Shown one piece after another: positions 16,158 through 24,648 of a stretch of 32,000 nt of DNA. Both the position numbers and the translations under genes were made by a program. The notes under the pieces are model-generated. The model did no database searches and had not been told where the DNA came from. It was given only the letters and a program-made list of their open reading frames with translations. Source of the DNA: Sinorhizobium meliloti (GTDB taxonomy: Bacteria > Pseudomonadota > Alphaproteobacteria > Rhizobiales > Rhizobiaceae); the NCBI RefSeq assembly GCF_017876815.1, contig NZ_JAGIOS010000001.1, positions 1,920,001-1,952,000 of the forward strand, written 5' to 3'. Each line of letters begins with the position of its first letter. Positions within the stretch are counted from its first letter, which is position 1.

Positions 16158-17958
16158 GCGCGGGCGAAGCGACGAACAGTGCTTCGGCGCCGTGGTCGAA
16201 CTGGAGCCGCGCAAGCTTCGCGTAGAGCCCGCCCTGGCGGATCAGCGACTCGTGGGTGCCTTCCTCGACGATACGGCCATGCTCCATCACCAGGATGCGG
16301 TCGGCCTTGAGCACGGTGGCGAGCCGATGGGCGATGACCAGCGTCGTGCGCTCCTGCATCAGGACGTCGAGCGCCTTTTGCACCAGCGTTTCGCTCTCCG
16401 CATCGAGCGCTGAGGTCGCCTCGTCGAGAAGAAGGATCGGAGCGTTTTTGAGGATGGCGCGGGCAATCGCGATGCGCTGGCGCTGGCCGCCCGAAAGGGT
16501 CACTCCGCGCTCGCCGACCAGCGTGTCGTAGCCGCGGTCCAGCCTGCCGATGAACTCGTCGGCCTGTGCCGCAACGGCGGCGGCGCGCACCGCTTCGCGG
16601 CTTGCGTCCGGCACGCCGAAGGCGATGTTGTCGTGCACCGAGGTGGCGAAGATGGTCACGTCCTGAGGCACGATCGCAAGCCTCTCCCGCAGCTCCTCGG
16701 GATCGACGGCGCGCACATCCGTACCGTCGACGCGGATGGTGCCCTTCGCCGGGTCGTAATAGCGCAGGAGCATCGAGAAGACGGTGCTCTTGCCGGCGCC
16801 GGACGGGCCGACGATGGCCACCGTCTCGCCCGGTCTTACCGCAAAGCTCAAGCCCCTAAGACTCTTATAGTCCGGCCGGGCGGGATAGGCGAAGTGGACG
16901 TTCTCGAACTCGACCGCGCCTGTGGCAGGGACGGGCATTGCGACCGGATGCTCGGGCGCCTCGATCTCCGGCACTTCGTTCAGCAGCTCGTTCAGGCGCT
17001 CGGCGGCGCCCGCCGCCTGCGAGAGCTCGCCCCACACCTCCGAGAGTGCGCCGAGGCTGCCTGCCGCAAAAACGGAATAGAGCAGGAACTGACCGAGCGT
17101 ACCCGCGGAAAGCGAGCCCGCCAGGACGTCCCGTGCACCGAACCAGAGCACGGCGACGACGCTTCCGAAGACCATGGTGATGGCAAAGGCGGTCAGCACC
17201 GAGCGCGCCCTGGTCGCAGCGCGCGCGGCGCGATAGGCCGCCTCCACCGCGCTGCCGTAGCGCGAGCGCGCGCTCTCCTCGCCATTGAAGGCCTGCACGG
17301 TGCGGGTGGCGGCGATCGCTTCGCCGGCATAGGCGGAGGCAGCTGCGAGCATGTCCTGCGCTTCGCGGGAGCGCCGGCGTACCGAGCGTCCGAAGCCGAC
17401 GAGCGGGAAGACGATGAGGGGGATGGCCGCAAGCACGAGGCTCGAAAGCTTCGGGCTCGTATAGACCATCATGCCCATCGCGCCGAGACAGAGGATCAGG
17501 TTGCGCAGCGCCACGGATGCCGTCGCACCCACCGCCGACTTGATCTGCGTCGCGTCGGCCGTCAGCCGCGAGACGATCTCGCCGGACTGATTGACGTCGA
17601 AGAACGAGGCCGAGAGCTGCATGACGCGTGCGAAGACGTCGCGCCTGAGATCGGCGACGATGCGCTCGCCGAGCGAGATCACGAAGTAATAGCGGGCGGC
17701 ACTGGCAAGGGCGAGGACCACTGCAAGCACCATCAGCATGGAGAAATAGGTGTTGATGAAGCCGGAATCGGAATTGGAGAAGCCGTGATCGATCATCCGG
17801 CGAACGGCCAGCGGCAAGGTCAGCGTGGTGGCCGCTGCAATGGTCAGAGAGACGGCAGCGCCGATCGCGAGGCCGCGGTAACGCGAGAGATAAGGCAGCA
17901 CGGTTGCGAGCGGGCGTATGGACCTGCGCGCCGGCGTTTGTTTTTCTTGTCTTGGCAC
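16144..17958 (-). CDS. ABC exporter, fused permease/ATPase (MsbA/ATM1-like half-transporter)
   Basis: 604 aa. It has an N-terminal 6-TM domain, then an NBD with Walker [10 protein letters not shown], signature LSGGQRQR and Walker [13 protein letters not shown]. Confidence 0.9.
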   Translation of the reverse strand: MPRQEKQTPARRSIRPLATVLPYLSRYRGLAIGAAVSLTIAAATTLTLPLAVRRMIDHGFSNSDSGFINTYFSMLMVLAVVLALASAARYYFVISLGERIVADLRRDVFARVMQLSASFFDVNQSGEIVSRLTADATQIKSAVGATASVALRNLILCLGAMGMMVYTSPKLSSLVLAAIPLIVFPLVGFGRSVRRRSREAQDMLAAASAYAGEAIAATRTVQAFNGEESARSRYGSAVEAAYRAARAATRARSVLTAFAITMVFGSVVAVLWFGARDVLAGSLSAGTLGQFLLYSVFAAGSLGALSEVWGELSQAAGAAERLNELLNEVPEIEAPEHPVAMPVPATGAVEFENVHFAYPARPDYKSLRGLSFAVRPGETVAIVGPSGAGKSTVFSMLLRYYDPAKGTIRVDGTDVRAVDPEELRERLAIVPQDVTIFATSVHDNIAFGVPDASREAVRAAAVAAQADEFIGRLDRGYDTLVGERGVTLSGGQRQRIAIARAILKNAPILLLDEATSALDAESETLVQKALDVLMQERTTLVIAHRLATVLKADRILVMEHGRIVEEGTHESLIRQGGLYAKLARLQFDHGAEALFVASPAPISP

Positions 17959-18100
17959 AGAGCCCCCCGTTCGCCTGTCACGGGGCCACAGCCTTGTGCG
18001 CCGCCGAGGCGCCAGAGCTGTGCGACTGCGATCTGCTGCCGTCCAGGACCGGTGCCGATCCGACGAACCATGCAGAGATCACAAGTCTTCCGCGCGGCAC

Positions 18101-18129
18101 TTGTTATCCCGCAGACCTTCATGTATAGG
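18101..18129 (+). promoter_or_regulatory. Candidate promoter for rpmE
   Basis: (C)TTGTTA at 18101-18106, a 17-nt spacer, then TATAGG at 18124-18129, about 120 nt upstream of the rpmE ATG. Confidence 0.3.
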
Positions 18130-18247
18130 CACGGCATCGAATTGGGAAGCCGCGGCCCAAGAGCGGTCTGCGGCTTCATTTACGTGTTCGGTCCCAAAGT
18201 CGCAATGCCTTGCGACAATTGGACCCTGGAACTCTAGGAAGATTGTT

Positions 18248-18469
18248 ATGAAGGCAGACATCCATCCCGACTACCACACGATCAAGGTTGTCATGACCGA
18301 CGGCACCGAATACGAAACCCGCTCGACCTGGGGTACGGAAGGTGCGACCATGAACCTGGAAATCGATCCCAAGTCGCATCCGGCCTGGACCGGCGGCAAC
18401 CAGCAGCTCGTCGACCGCGGCGGCCGCGTTTCCAAGTTCAAAAAGCGCTTCGAAGGCCTCGGCCTCTGA
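18248..18469 (+). CDS. rpmE: 50S ribosomal protein L31 (Cys-less form)
   Basis: ATG at 18248 follows AGGAAG. The product is [29 protein letters not shown]...[16 protein letters not shown]. The tracked ORF start at 17918 is an upstream in-frame extension. Confidence 0.93.
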   Translation: MKADIHPDYHTIKVVMTDGTEYETRSTWGTEGATMNLEIDPKSHPAWTGGNQQLVDRGGRVSKFKKRFEGLGL

Positions 18470-18495
18470 TATCAGGCGCTCGACAGCGTGTTTCG

Positions 18496-18521
18496 AAGCC
18501 CGGCAGTGCCGGGCTTTTTTG
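18496..18521 (+). terminator. Rho-independent terminator of rpmE
   Basis: GCCCGGC-AGT-GCCGGGC followed by TTTTTT. Confidence 0.85.
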
Positions 18522-18584
18522 TTGGCTGCCACATTATCTTGCCGGCTTTTGGGCAGGTGGTCCTCGTTCGGGTCGCCGGTGCAT

Positions 18585-18707
18585 GATCCTCGGTCAAGCC
18601 GGAGGATGACACCTGCGCGGGGACATTCCAGCCCTATACATCGCGCGACGGCGCCCCGATTTTTCCTCCGTCATCTTCGGGCTTGACCGGGGCTTGACCC
18701 GAGGATC
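18585..18707. repeat. Second family of palindromic intergenic repeats (GATCCTCGG(G)TCAAGCC...GGATGAC type)
   Basis: GATCCTCGGTCAAGCCGGAGGATGAC (18585-18610) is inverted relative to GTCATCTTCGGGCTTGACCGGGGCTTGACCCGAGGATC (18670-18707). The right arm carries a tandem GCTTGACC duplication. Confidence 0.75.
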
Positions 18708-18740
18708 CAACCGCAGGCATTCATTTCACGCCCGCGCCAG

Positions 18741-18769
18741 AAAAAAACCCGGCACATATGGCCGGGCTT
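18741..18769 (-). terminator. Rho-independent terminator of rcdA
   Basis: The minus strand reads CCCGGC-CATATGT-GCCGGG followed by TTTTTTT, 30 nt after the rcdA stop. Confidence 0.8.
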
Positions 18770-18798
18770 TGGATTTCAGGGGCAGGGGCCTGCCTCGC

Positions 18799-19317
18799 TC
18801 AACTCGCCCCGAAGGCCGTCTGCAGCAGCTTGATCTGCGCCTTGACGCCGTTCTGGTTGTCCGGAACGAAGCTCGTTGCTTCCTGGGGCCGATAAATCTC
18901 GCGGTCGAGCAGTGCGACCCGGTTCTGCAGCCGGAGCGACCGCTCGATGAGGTCGCGGAAGCTCTCCGGCAGATCGTTCCAGCCCGGCGCGCTGCGGTCG
19001 ACTTTGAAGCTGTCCAGGCGCACCTTGCTCTTTTCCGACAGGACCTGCTCGCGGCTCATCTCGCCATTGTTGACGGCCCGCTGCAGCAGGAGCCACGAGG
19101 CCATCTGCATCAGCCGGGTGGTGAGACGCATGGACTCGGCAGCATAGAGAACGGATGCCATGCGGGGCAGCACCTTGGCGGCGGTGCGGCCAGGGCCATC
19201 GAGATAGCTTGCCGTTTCCTCGACCAGGCCCATCCCTTCAGCGTAGAGCGCCTTGAACTGCGCCGATGACGCAGCGTGACCGGCGAAACTGACGGTATTC
19301 AATCCTCTTTCGGACAT
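18799..19317 (-). CDS. rcdA: RcdA-type protease adaptor / regulator of CtrA degradation (DUF1465)
   Basis: Start moved to ATG 19315-19317 (MSERGLNTVSF...), with AGGGAA upstream. The segment FKALYAEGMGLVEETASYLDGPGR...AAESMRLTTRLMQMASWLLLQRAV matches the DUF1465/RcdA family as I recall it. Confidence 0.75.
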   Translation of the reverse strand: MSERGLNTVSFAGHAASSAQFKALYAEGMGLVEETASYLDGPGRTAAKVLPRMASVLYAAESMRLTTRLMQMASWLLLQRAVNNGEMSREQVLSEKSKVRLDSFKVDRSAPGWNDLPESFRDLIERSLRLQNRVALLDREIYRPQEATSFVPDNQNGVKAQIKLLQTAFGAS

Positions 19318-19440
19318 GCCTGTATTCCCTGGTTCCAACGCATCACGACTGTCAGGTAACGGGCGGCTCTGGGAAAAGTTTCCTGAGGCCCCTCCATGCT
19401 CGAAGAATGATCCCATACCGCATTCCGCGCAAGGGCATTC

Positions 19441-19455
19441 TTAAGAAAGGGTTAA
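19441..19455. promoter_or_regulatory. Exact CtrA-type box TTAA-N7-TTAA upstream of rcdA
   Basis: TTAAGAAAGGGTTAA, about 125 nt upstream of the rcdA start and downstream of the 19492-19519 terminator. Confidence 0.5.
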
Positions 19456-19491
19456 TCTCCACACTTCTTTGAAGGCCGCCTGTCGCAAAGC

Positions 19492-19519
19492 AAAAAAAAG
19501 AGCCGCGCGAAGCGGCTCT
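19492..19519 (-). terminator. Strong Rho-independent terminator (minus strand)
   Basis: The minus strand reads AGAGCCGC-TTCGC-GCGGCTCT followed by TTTTTTT (the A-run at 19492-19498 on the plus strand). Confidence 0.85.
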
Positions 19520-19615
19520 CAAGGTAAAACAGGGAGAAAAATCAGACCCATTCGCCAGTCGGTGAAATTGTCTGAGTCCGGAAGGACCGGATGCTCAGAC
19601 AATCGCAGAAAATGC

Positions 19616-19630
19616 TTAATTTGCGGTTAA
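19616..19630. promoter_or_regulatory. Second exact CtrA-type box TTAA-N7-TTAA
   Basis: TTAATTTGCGGTTAA in the AT-richer stretch between the DUF1192 stop and the 19492-19519 terminator. Confidence 0.4.
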
Positions 19631-19680
19631 AGGCCAAGCATTCTTCTGGATTAAACGTGCTGGAACCATTCCATCCGCGC

Positions 19681-19869
19681 TCAACGGAAAAGGCTTTCGG
19701 CGGCCGAACGGCTCGCCGATTTGCGGTTCCTCTCCGCTTGGAGCCTTGCAATTTCCTCCGTCAGAAGCGCGATGCGCGCGTTCAGCTCGTCCACGGAGAG
19801 CAGCGAAAGGTCGCTGCCGATCTCGTGCTCGGTCTTCTTTTTCGGCTGGTCCTCGTCATACAGGCTCAT
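19681..19869 (-). CDS. DUF1192 small coiled-coil protein
   Basis: ATG at 19867-19869 gives MSLYDEDQPKKKTEHEIGSDLSLLSVDELNARIALLTEEIARLQAERNRKSASRSAAESLFR (62 aa). The upstream in-frame part of the tracked ORF overlaps the MFS gene end. Confidence 0.75.
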   Translation of the reverse strand: MSLYDEDQPKKKTEHEIGSDLSLLSVDELNARIALLTEEIARLQAERNRKSASRSAAESLFR

Positions 19870-21157
19870 TCGATCTCTCCTCTTCCTGGGGATCGTCGGC
19901 GCCTTCGTCCGGCAGTTCCTCCAGCGGAGCCGCACGCGGCGAGAGCTGCAGGCTCTCCGGCGTCGTCGCCGTGCCGGCATTGACCGGCGAGAAGTTTTCG
20001 CGCTCGGCCGCGGGCACCGGTGCGCGCCGGCGGCTGCGGACGATTGCATAGGCAGTGATCAGCATATGCGCACAGGCCGTGATCATGAAGAGGCCATAAG
20101 GCCCGCTGGCGGTCATTATCGGCCCGCCGATCGTCGGGCCGATGATCGTGCCGATGCCGTAGAGCAGCAGGAGCCCGCCGGAAACCTTCACGAAATCCTC
20201 GGGCGTGGCGAAGTCGTTGGCGTGGGAAACCGCGATCGGGTAGAGCGCATTGGCGGCCGCGCCGTAGATCGCGATCAACGTCAGAACGATCCAGACCTGG
20301 CCGGGCTCGACGAGGAAGATCAGGAGGCCGGCGAGAGCGCCGACCCCGGCGAGCGCGGCAAGCACATAGCGGCGGTCGATACGGTCGGAGATGCGGCCGG
20401 CCGGCAGTTGCATGACGGCGCCCGAGAAGATCGCGACGCTCATCATCGCCGCAACTGTGCTGTCCGACAGCCCCGCCTGGCGGCCGAAGACCGCGCCGAG
20501 CGTGCCGAATGCGCCGTTGGCAATGCCGATGAGCAGGATGCCGAGGAAGGAAACCGGCGAATTGCGGTAGAGGCCGCGCAGATCGAGGCGGACCTGTTTC
20601 AGCGGCTGCGGCGAGGCGGCCCTGGACAACAGCGTCGGCAGCATGGCCACGCAGTAGAGAATGCCGCAGATCATGAAGAAGAAGGTCGTCGACGTTTCGC
20701 CGAAGGGAATCATCATCTGGCCGCCGACGACGCCGAAAAGGGTGATGGCGATATAGAGCGAGAAGATCACGCCGCGGCTCTCATTGGTGGCGCGCTCGTT
20801 CAGCCAGCTTTCGATGATCATCGACGTTCCGGCAGTGGAGAAACCCGTGACTGCGCGGAGCGCCAGCCACCAGATCGGGTCGATCAGAATGCCCGTCAGC
20901 AGGGAAACGATGGCGATCAAGGCCGTGAACACGCTGAAGGCGCGCACATGCCCTATGCGCTTGACGACGTTCGGCGCGAAGAAGCAGCCAAGCACGAAAC
21001 CGGTGGCCCAGAGCGTACCGAACAGGCCGAGGATGGTTGTCGGATAGCCCTCCGCGGTGCCGCGCACCGGCAGGAGCAGGCCCTGCAGGCCGTTTCCGAG
21101 GAAGAGAAACAGGGTACCGAGCAGCAGCGCGGCAACGGGAAGCAGGTTATTTCTCAT
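19856..21157 (-). CDS. MFS transporter
   Basis: 433 aa with about 12 hydrophobic segments (MRNNLLPVAALLLGTLFLFLGNGLQGLLLPVRG...). The C-terminal tail is acidic and hydrophilic. Confidence 0.85.
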   Translation of the reverse strand: MRNNLLPVAALLLGTLFLFLGNGLQGLLLPVRGTAEGYPTTILGLFGTLWATGFVLGCFFAPNVVKRIGHVRAFSVFTALIAIVSLLTGILIDPIWWLALRAVTGFSTAGTSMIIESWLNERATNESRGVIFSLYIAITLFGVVGGQMMIPFGETSTTFFFMICGILYCVAMLPTLLSRAASPQPLKQVRLDLRGLYRNSPVSFLGILLIGIANGAFGTLGAVFGRQAGLSDSTVAAMMSVAIFSGAVMQLPAGRISDRIDRRYVLAALAGVGALAGLLIFLVEPGQVWIVLTLIAIYGAAANALYPIAVSHANDFATPEDFVKVSGGLLLLYGIGTIIGPTIGGPIMTASGPYGLFMITACAHMLITAYAIVRSRRRAPVPAAERENFSPVNAGTATTPESLQLSPRAAPLEELPDEGADDPQEEERSNEPV

Positions 21158-21338
21158 CGTCCACCCGGAATTCGTTCGCCCTTCGGCGTGTCGTGACGAG
21201 GACCGCCGCTCTGCCGATGGAAATCAATACCACCGGTCATTGCAAATCGACGGCGAAAACAATAGCCCTCTATGCGACGAAAAGTGACGTCCGTATGGCG
21301 TCGCTCCCATTGCGGCGGATCTTCCCGGAAATGAACGA

Positions 21339-21494
21339 ATGTCAAAGGCACTGACGGTTCTCCTGCTGCTGGCCATGTGCGTCCAGCTCATCAAGCCGCT
21401 CGGCTTTCCGGGCCTCAGGCAGCGCCGCGATTTCTGGAAGATTGCCGTCTTCGCCATCGTCGTGATGATGGTCACGGTGCTCGTGCGTCCTTGA
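21339..21494 (+). CDS. Candidate small membrane protein (51 aa), absent from the ORF track
   Basis: The ORF reads ATG...TGA and encodes MSKALTVLLLLAMCVQLIKPLGFPGLRQRRDFWKIAVFAIVVMMVTVLVRP. It has two hydrophobic segments joined by a basic loop. Third codon positions are strongly G/C, like the flanking genes. The RBS is weak. Confidence 0.4.
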   Translation: MSKALTVLLLLAMCVQLIKPLGFPGLRQRRDFWKIAVFAIVVMMVTVLVRP

Positions 21495-21639
21495 ACTACT
21501 GCCGTGCCGCGCGGGATCTCGATTCTCCGGCGGCTCGGCGTTCCCCGAGAAACAGCAGCTTGGGCTAGGGCCGCGCTATTGTCGTCACCAAGTCGCTCTA
21601 TCTCCGCACGACATGACGACAGGAAAAGGTTAAATTACC

Positions 21640-23544
21640 GTGCTCGGCCACAAGATGAAGATCGAGGCTCTGTTGGAACGTCGTCTCACCGCCATTCTCG
21701 CAGCCGATGTCGTGGGCTACAGCCGCCTCATGGGAGCGGATGAGGCCGGCACGCTCGCGGCGCTGAAGCGCCACCGCCGCGAGCTGCTGGAGCCCAGGAT
21801 CGCCGATCATAAAGGCCGAATCGTCAAGCTGGCAGGAGACAGCATGCTCGTCGAGTTTTCGAGCGTGGTGAACGCTGTTGCCTGTGCCGCCGCCATTCAG
21901 CGCGGTATGCTCGCCGCCAACGAGGGCTTGCCGAAGAGCAGGCGCATCGAGCTCAGGATCGGCATCCATCTCGGCGACGTGATCGTCGAGGACGGCGACA
22001 TCTTCGGCGACGGCGTCAATGTCGCGGCGCGGCTCGAAGGGCTTGCCGACCCTTCCGGCATCGCGGTTTCTGCCTCCGTGCGGGACCATGTCGGCTCGAG
22101 ACTCGATGTCGGCTTCATCGATAAGGGCGAATACAGTCTGAAGAACATCGCATCGACCGTTCGCGTCTATACGGTGTCCCTCGGCGACAATTCGCTCGGC
22201 AAGCGTGCGGAATCGTCCGGCGTGGTCGACCGCGGTTACGAATTATCGATCGCCGTCCTGCCCTTCACCAATATGAGCCATGATCCCGAGCAGGAATATT
22301 TCTCCGACGGTATCACAGAGGACGTCATCACCGATCTTTCGAAGATTTCGCGCCTGCACGTCGTCGCCCGCAACACCGTCTTCACTTACAAGGGCAAGTC
22401 CGTGAAGGTTAAGCAGATCGCCCATGAACTCGGCGTTCGCTTCATCCTCGAAGGCAGCGTGCGCAAGGCGGGCGGGCGCGTGCGCATCACCGGCCAGTTG
22501 ATCGACGCGCAGACCGGCGGGCACCTCTGGGCCGACCGTTACGACCGCGATCTAACGGATATTTTCGCGATTCAGGACGAGATCACGCACGCCATCGTCG
22601 ACCAGCTCAAGATAAAGCTTCTGCCGGAGGAGAAGAGGGCGATCGAAAGCGATCCGACGACCTCGGTCGAGGCCTATACCTACTATCTCCGCGGTCGCCA
22701 GTTCTCCCATACCTGGACCCGGCCCTATCTGCTGCTCGCACGCCGCATGTTCCTGAAGGCCGTCGAACTCGACCCGAACTATGCGCGTGCCTATGCCGGC
22801 ATCGCCGAGTGCGAATGTGCGATCAGGGACTGGCACGAAAAGGAGTTTCCGCTGGAGAGTATACTCGACATGAGCGCCAGGGCGCTCGCGCTCGATCCGA
22901 ACCTGGCGGAAGCGCATGCCTCGCGCGGGCTCGCATTGAACCACGACGGCCAGACGGAGGAGGCAAGCCGTGAGTTTCTCCAGGCTCTGGCGCTCGACCC
23001 TTCGCTCTATGAGGCGAATCTATATTATGGCCGTTTCCTCTTCGCGCAGGGTCGATTCCGGGAAGCGATCGGATTCTTCGAGCGCGCGGCGGAAATCCGG
23101 TCGGACGACTACTTTTCGCCGATCCATTTGATGGGTTGCTACCTGTCGCTTGGTATGGAGACCGAGCGCCAGCGCTGGGCGCGGATCGGCATCGAAAGAG
23201 CGCAAAGCGCAATGGAGCGGAACCCCGAGAATGCCAGCCCGGCGCATCGCGGTGCATTGGCGCTAGCGCATATGGGCGAGGCGGAACGTGCGAAGGAATG
23301 GGTTTCTCGCGCGCTGGCGATCGATCCGGACGATATCGTCGCGCAGTACAATGCAGCCTGCGTCCATTCGCTCCTCGGTGAGGGCGAACGTGCGCTGGAA
23401 CTGCTGGAAACCGTGGTGCCGCAGAGCTCCAGCTACCATGTCCAGTGGTTCAATCAGGACCCCGACCTGGACCTCATTCGCGACGATCCGCGCTTCCGCG
23501 CGCTCCTCGACGCACTCGCAGAGTGCAAGGGCGGGAGGCGCTGA
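21640..23544 (+). CDS. Class III adenylate/guanylate cyclase fused to a TolB-N-like module and TPR repeats
   Basis: The N-terminal CYCc domain reads LTAILAADVVGYSRLMG...KLAGDSMLVEF...GIHLGDVIVEDGDIFGDGVNVAARLE. The middle module is LSIAVLPFTNMS...YFSDGITEDVITDLS...RFILEGSVRKAGGRVRITGQLIDA. The C-terminus has TPRs. GTG at 21640 has AGGAAAAGG upstream; ATG at 21655 is an alternative start. Confidence 0.85.
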   Translation: MLGHKMKIEALLERRLTAILAADVVGYSRLMGADEAGTLAALKRHRRELLEPRIADHKGRIVKLAGDSMLVEFSSVVNAVACAAAIQRGMLAANEGLPKSRRIELRIGIHLGDVIVEDGDIFGDGVNVAARLEGLADPSGIAVSASVRDHVGSRLDVGFIDKGEYSLKNIASTVRVYTVSLGDNSLGKRAESSGVVDRGYELSIAVLPFTNMSHDPEQEYFSDGITEDVITDLSKISRLHVVARNTVFTYKGKSVKVKQIAHELGVRFILEGSVRKAGGRVRITGQLIDAQTGGHLWADRYDRDLTDIFAIQDEITHAIVDQLKIKLLPEEKRAIESDPTTSVEAYTYYLRGRQFSHTWTRPYLLLARRMFLKAVELDPNYARAYAGIAECECAIRDWHEKEFPLESILDMSARALALDPNLAEAHASRGLALNHDGQTEEASREFLQALALDPSLYEANLYYGRFLFAQGRFREAIGFFERAAEIRSDDYFSPIHLMGCYLSLGMETERQRWARIGIERAQSAMERNPENASPAHRGALALAHMGEAERAKEWVSRALAIDPDDIVAQYNAACVHSLLGEGERALELLETVVPQSSSYHVQWFNQDPDLDLIRDDPRFRALLDALAECKGGRR

Positions 23545-23556
23545 ATAGTTCGGCGA

Positions 23557-24474
23557 TCAGATCTCGATCTCGCCGCGCATCGCCGAAACGCAGTCGCCCG
23601 AGACGCTGACCTTGCGGATTGTGCCGTTCCTCTTGTCGATACCGACCGTGATGAGGCTGCGGCGCCCCATTTCCACGCCCTGTTCGATGACGAGTTCCAC
23701 CTCCGCGTCGGCCGCGGGAAGCAGCGAGACGAGGTAAGCGCCGAGCGCCGCCGAAGCGCTGCCGGTTGCCGGATCCTCGATGACGTTGTCGAGCGGCGCG
23801 AACATGCGTGCCCTTACCTGGCCGGGCCGCTCGCGCGTGCGGGCATAGAGAAACAGGCTGAAGCTGTCTTCCGCAAGCGGATAGCGGATATTCGCCTCCT
23901 CGAAGGCCGAGACGTTCGGCCGGGCTCTCGAAAGGGCCTCAACGTCGCGCACCTCAGCGACGGAGAAGGGCAGTCCGACCGAAATGCGCACCGGCGGATG
24001 ATTTCGGTCGATGAGGTCGTCCTGGCGCAGCGATGCGCAGGCGGCAATCGTCGCGGCGTCTATGGCGGGGCCGATTTGCAGCGCCTGCGGGGCGACGATC
24101 CTTGCGCCCGTGACGATGCCGTCACTGCCGAGAAGGGTCACTTCGACCAGGCCCGCCTTTTCCTCGAAACGCAATGCGCCGCCCGGGTTGCGGCCGAAGA
24201 TTTCCTGTTGCCGGCCGAGCACGAAGGCCGTGCCGACATTCGGGTGGCCGGCGAAAGGCACTTCGGTCGTCGGCGTGAAGATGCGCACGCGCGCAGTGTT
24301 CTCCGGGTTTTCGGGCGGAAGGACGAAGGTGACTTCGGAATAGCCGAACTCGGTGGCGATCGCCTGCATCCGGGCCTCGCTCAAGCCCCGCGCATCCGGG
24401 ATGACGGCAAGCTGATTGCCGGCGAAACGCTCGGCCGTGAAGACGTCGACGGTAATGAAGGAGACGGTGCTCAT
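23557..24474 (-). CDS. PhzF-family isomerase-like protein
   Basis: 305 aa, MSTVSFITVDVFTAERFAGNQLAVIPDARGLSEARMQAIATEFGYSEVTFVLPP...IFTPTTEVPFAGHPNVGTAFVL, typical of the PhzF/YddE family. Confidence 0.85.
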   Translation of the reverse strand: MSTVSFITVDVFTAERFAGNQLAVIPDARGLSEARMQAIATEFGYSEVTFVLPPENPENTARVRIFTPTTEVPFAGHPNVGTAFVLGRQQEIFGRNPGGALRFEEKAGLVEVTLLGSDGIVTGARIVAPQALQIGPAIDAATIAACASLRQDDLIDRNHPPVRISVGLPFSVAEVRDVEALSRARPNVSAFEEANIRYPLAEDSFSLFLYARTRERPGQVRARMFAPLDNVIEDPATGSASAALGAYLVSLLPAADAEVELVIEQGVEMGRRSLITVGIDKRNGTIRKVSVSGDCVSAMRGEIEI

Positions 24475-24585
24475 GGGGCCCTCTGGTCGGTCGCAGATGG
24501 CGCAGATTTAAAGTCGTCGCCGGCGCTGCTGAAACAGCGAACTTGTCTCCCTGACAATTGTCGGGGCAGCAAGGCGGCGCCATGC

Positions 24586-24618
24586 AAAAAGGCCCGGCGG
24601 CATCGCTGTCACCGGGCC
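24586..24618 (-). terminator. Rho-independent terminator of fba
   Basis: The minus strand reads GGCCCGGTGACAGCGATGCCGCCGGGCC followed by TTTTT, 30 nt after the fba stop. Confidence 0.75.
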
Positions 24619-24648
24619 TCTCCTCTCTCCCTCTGACTATTTTGGCGC

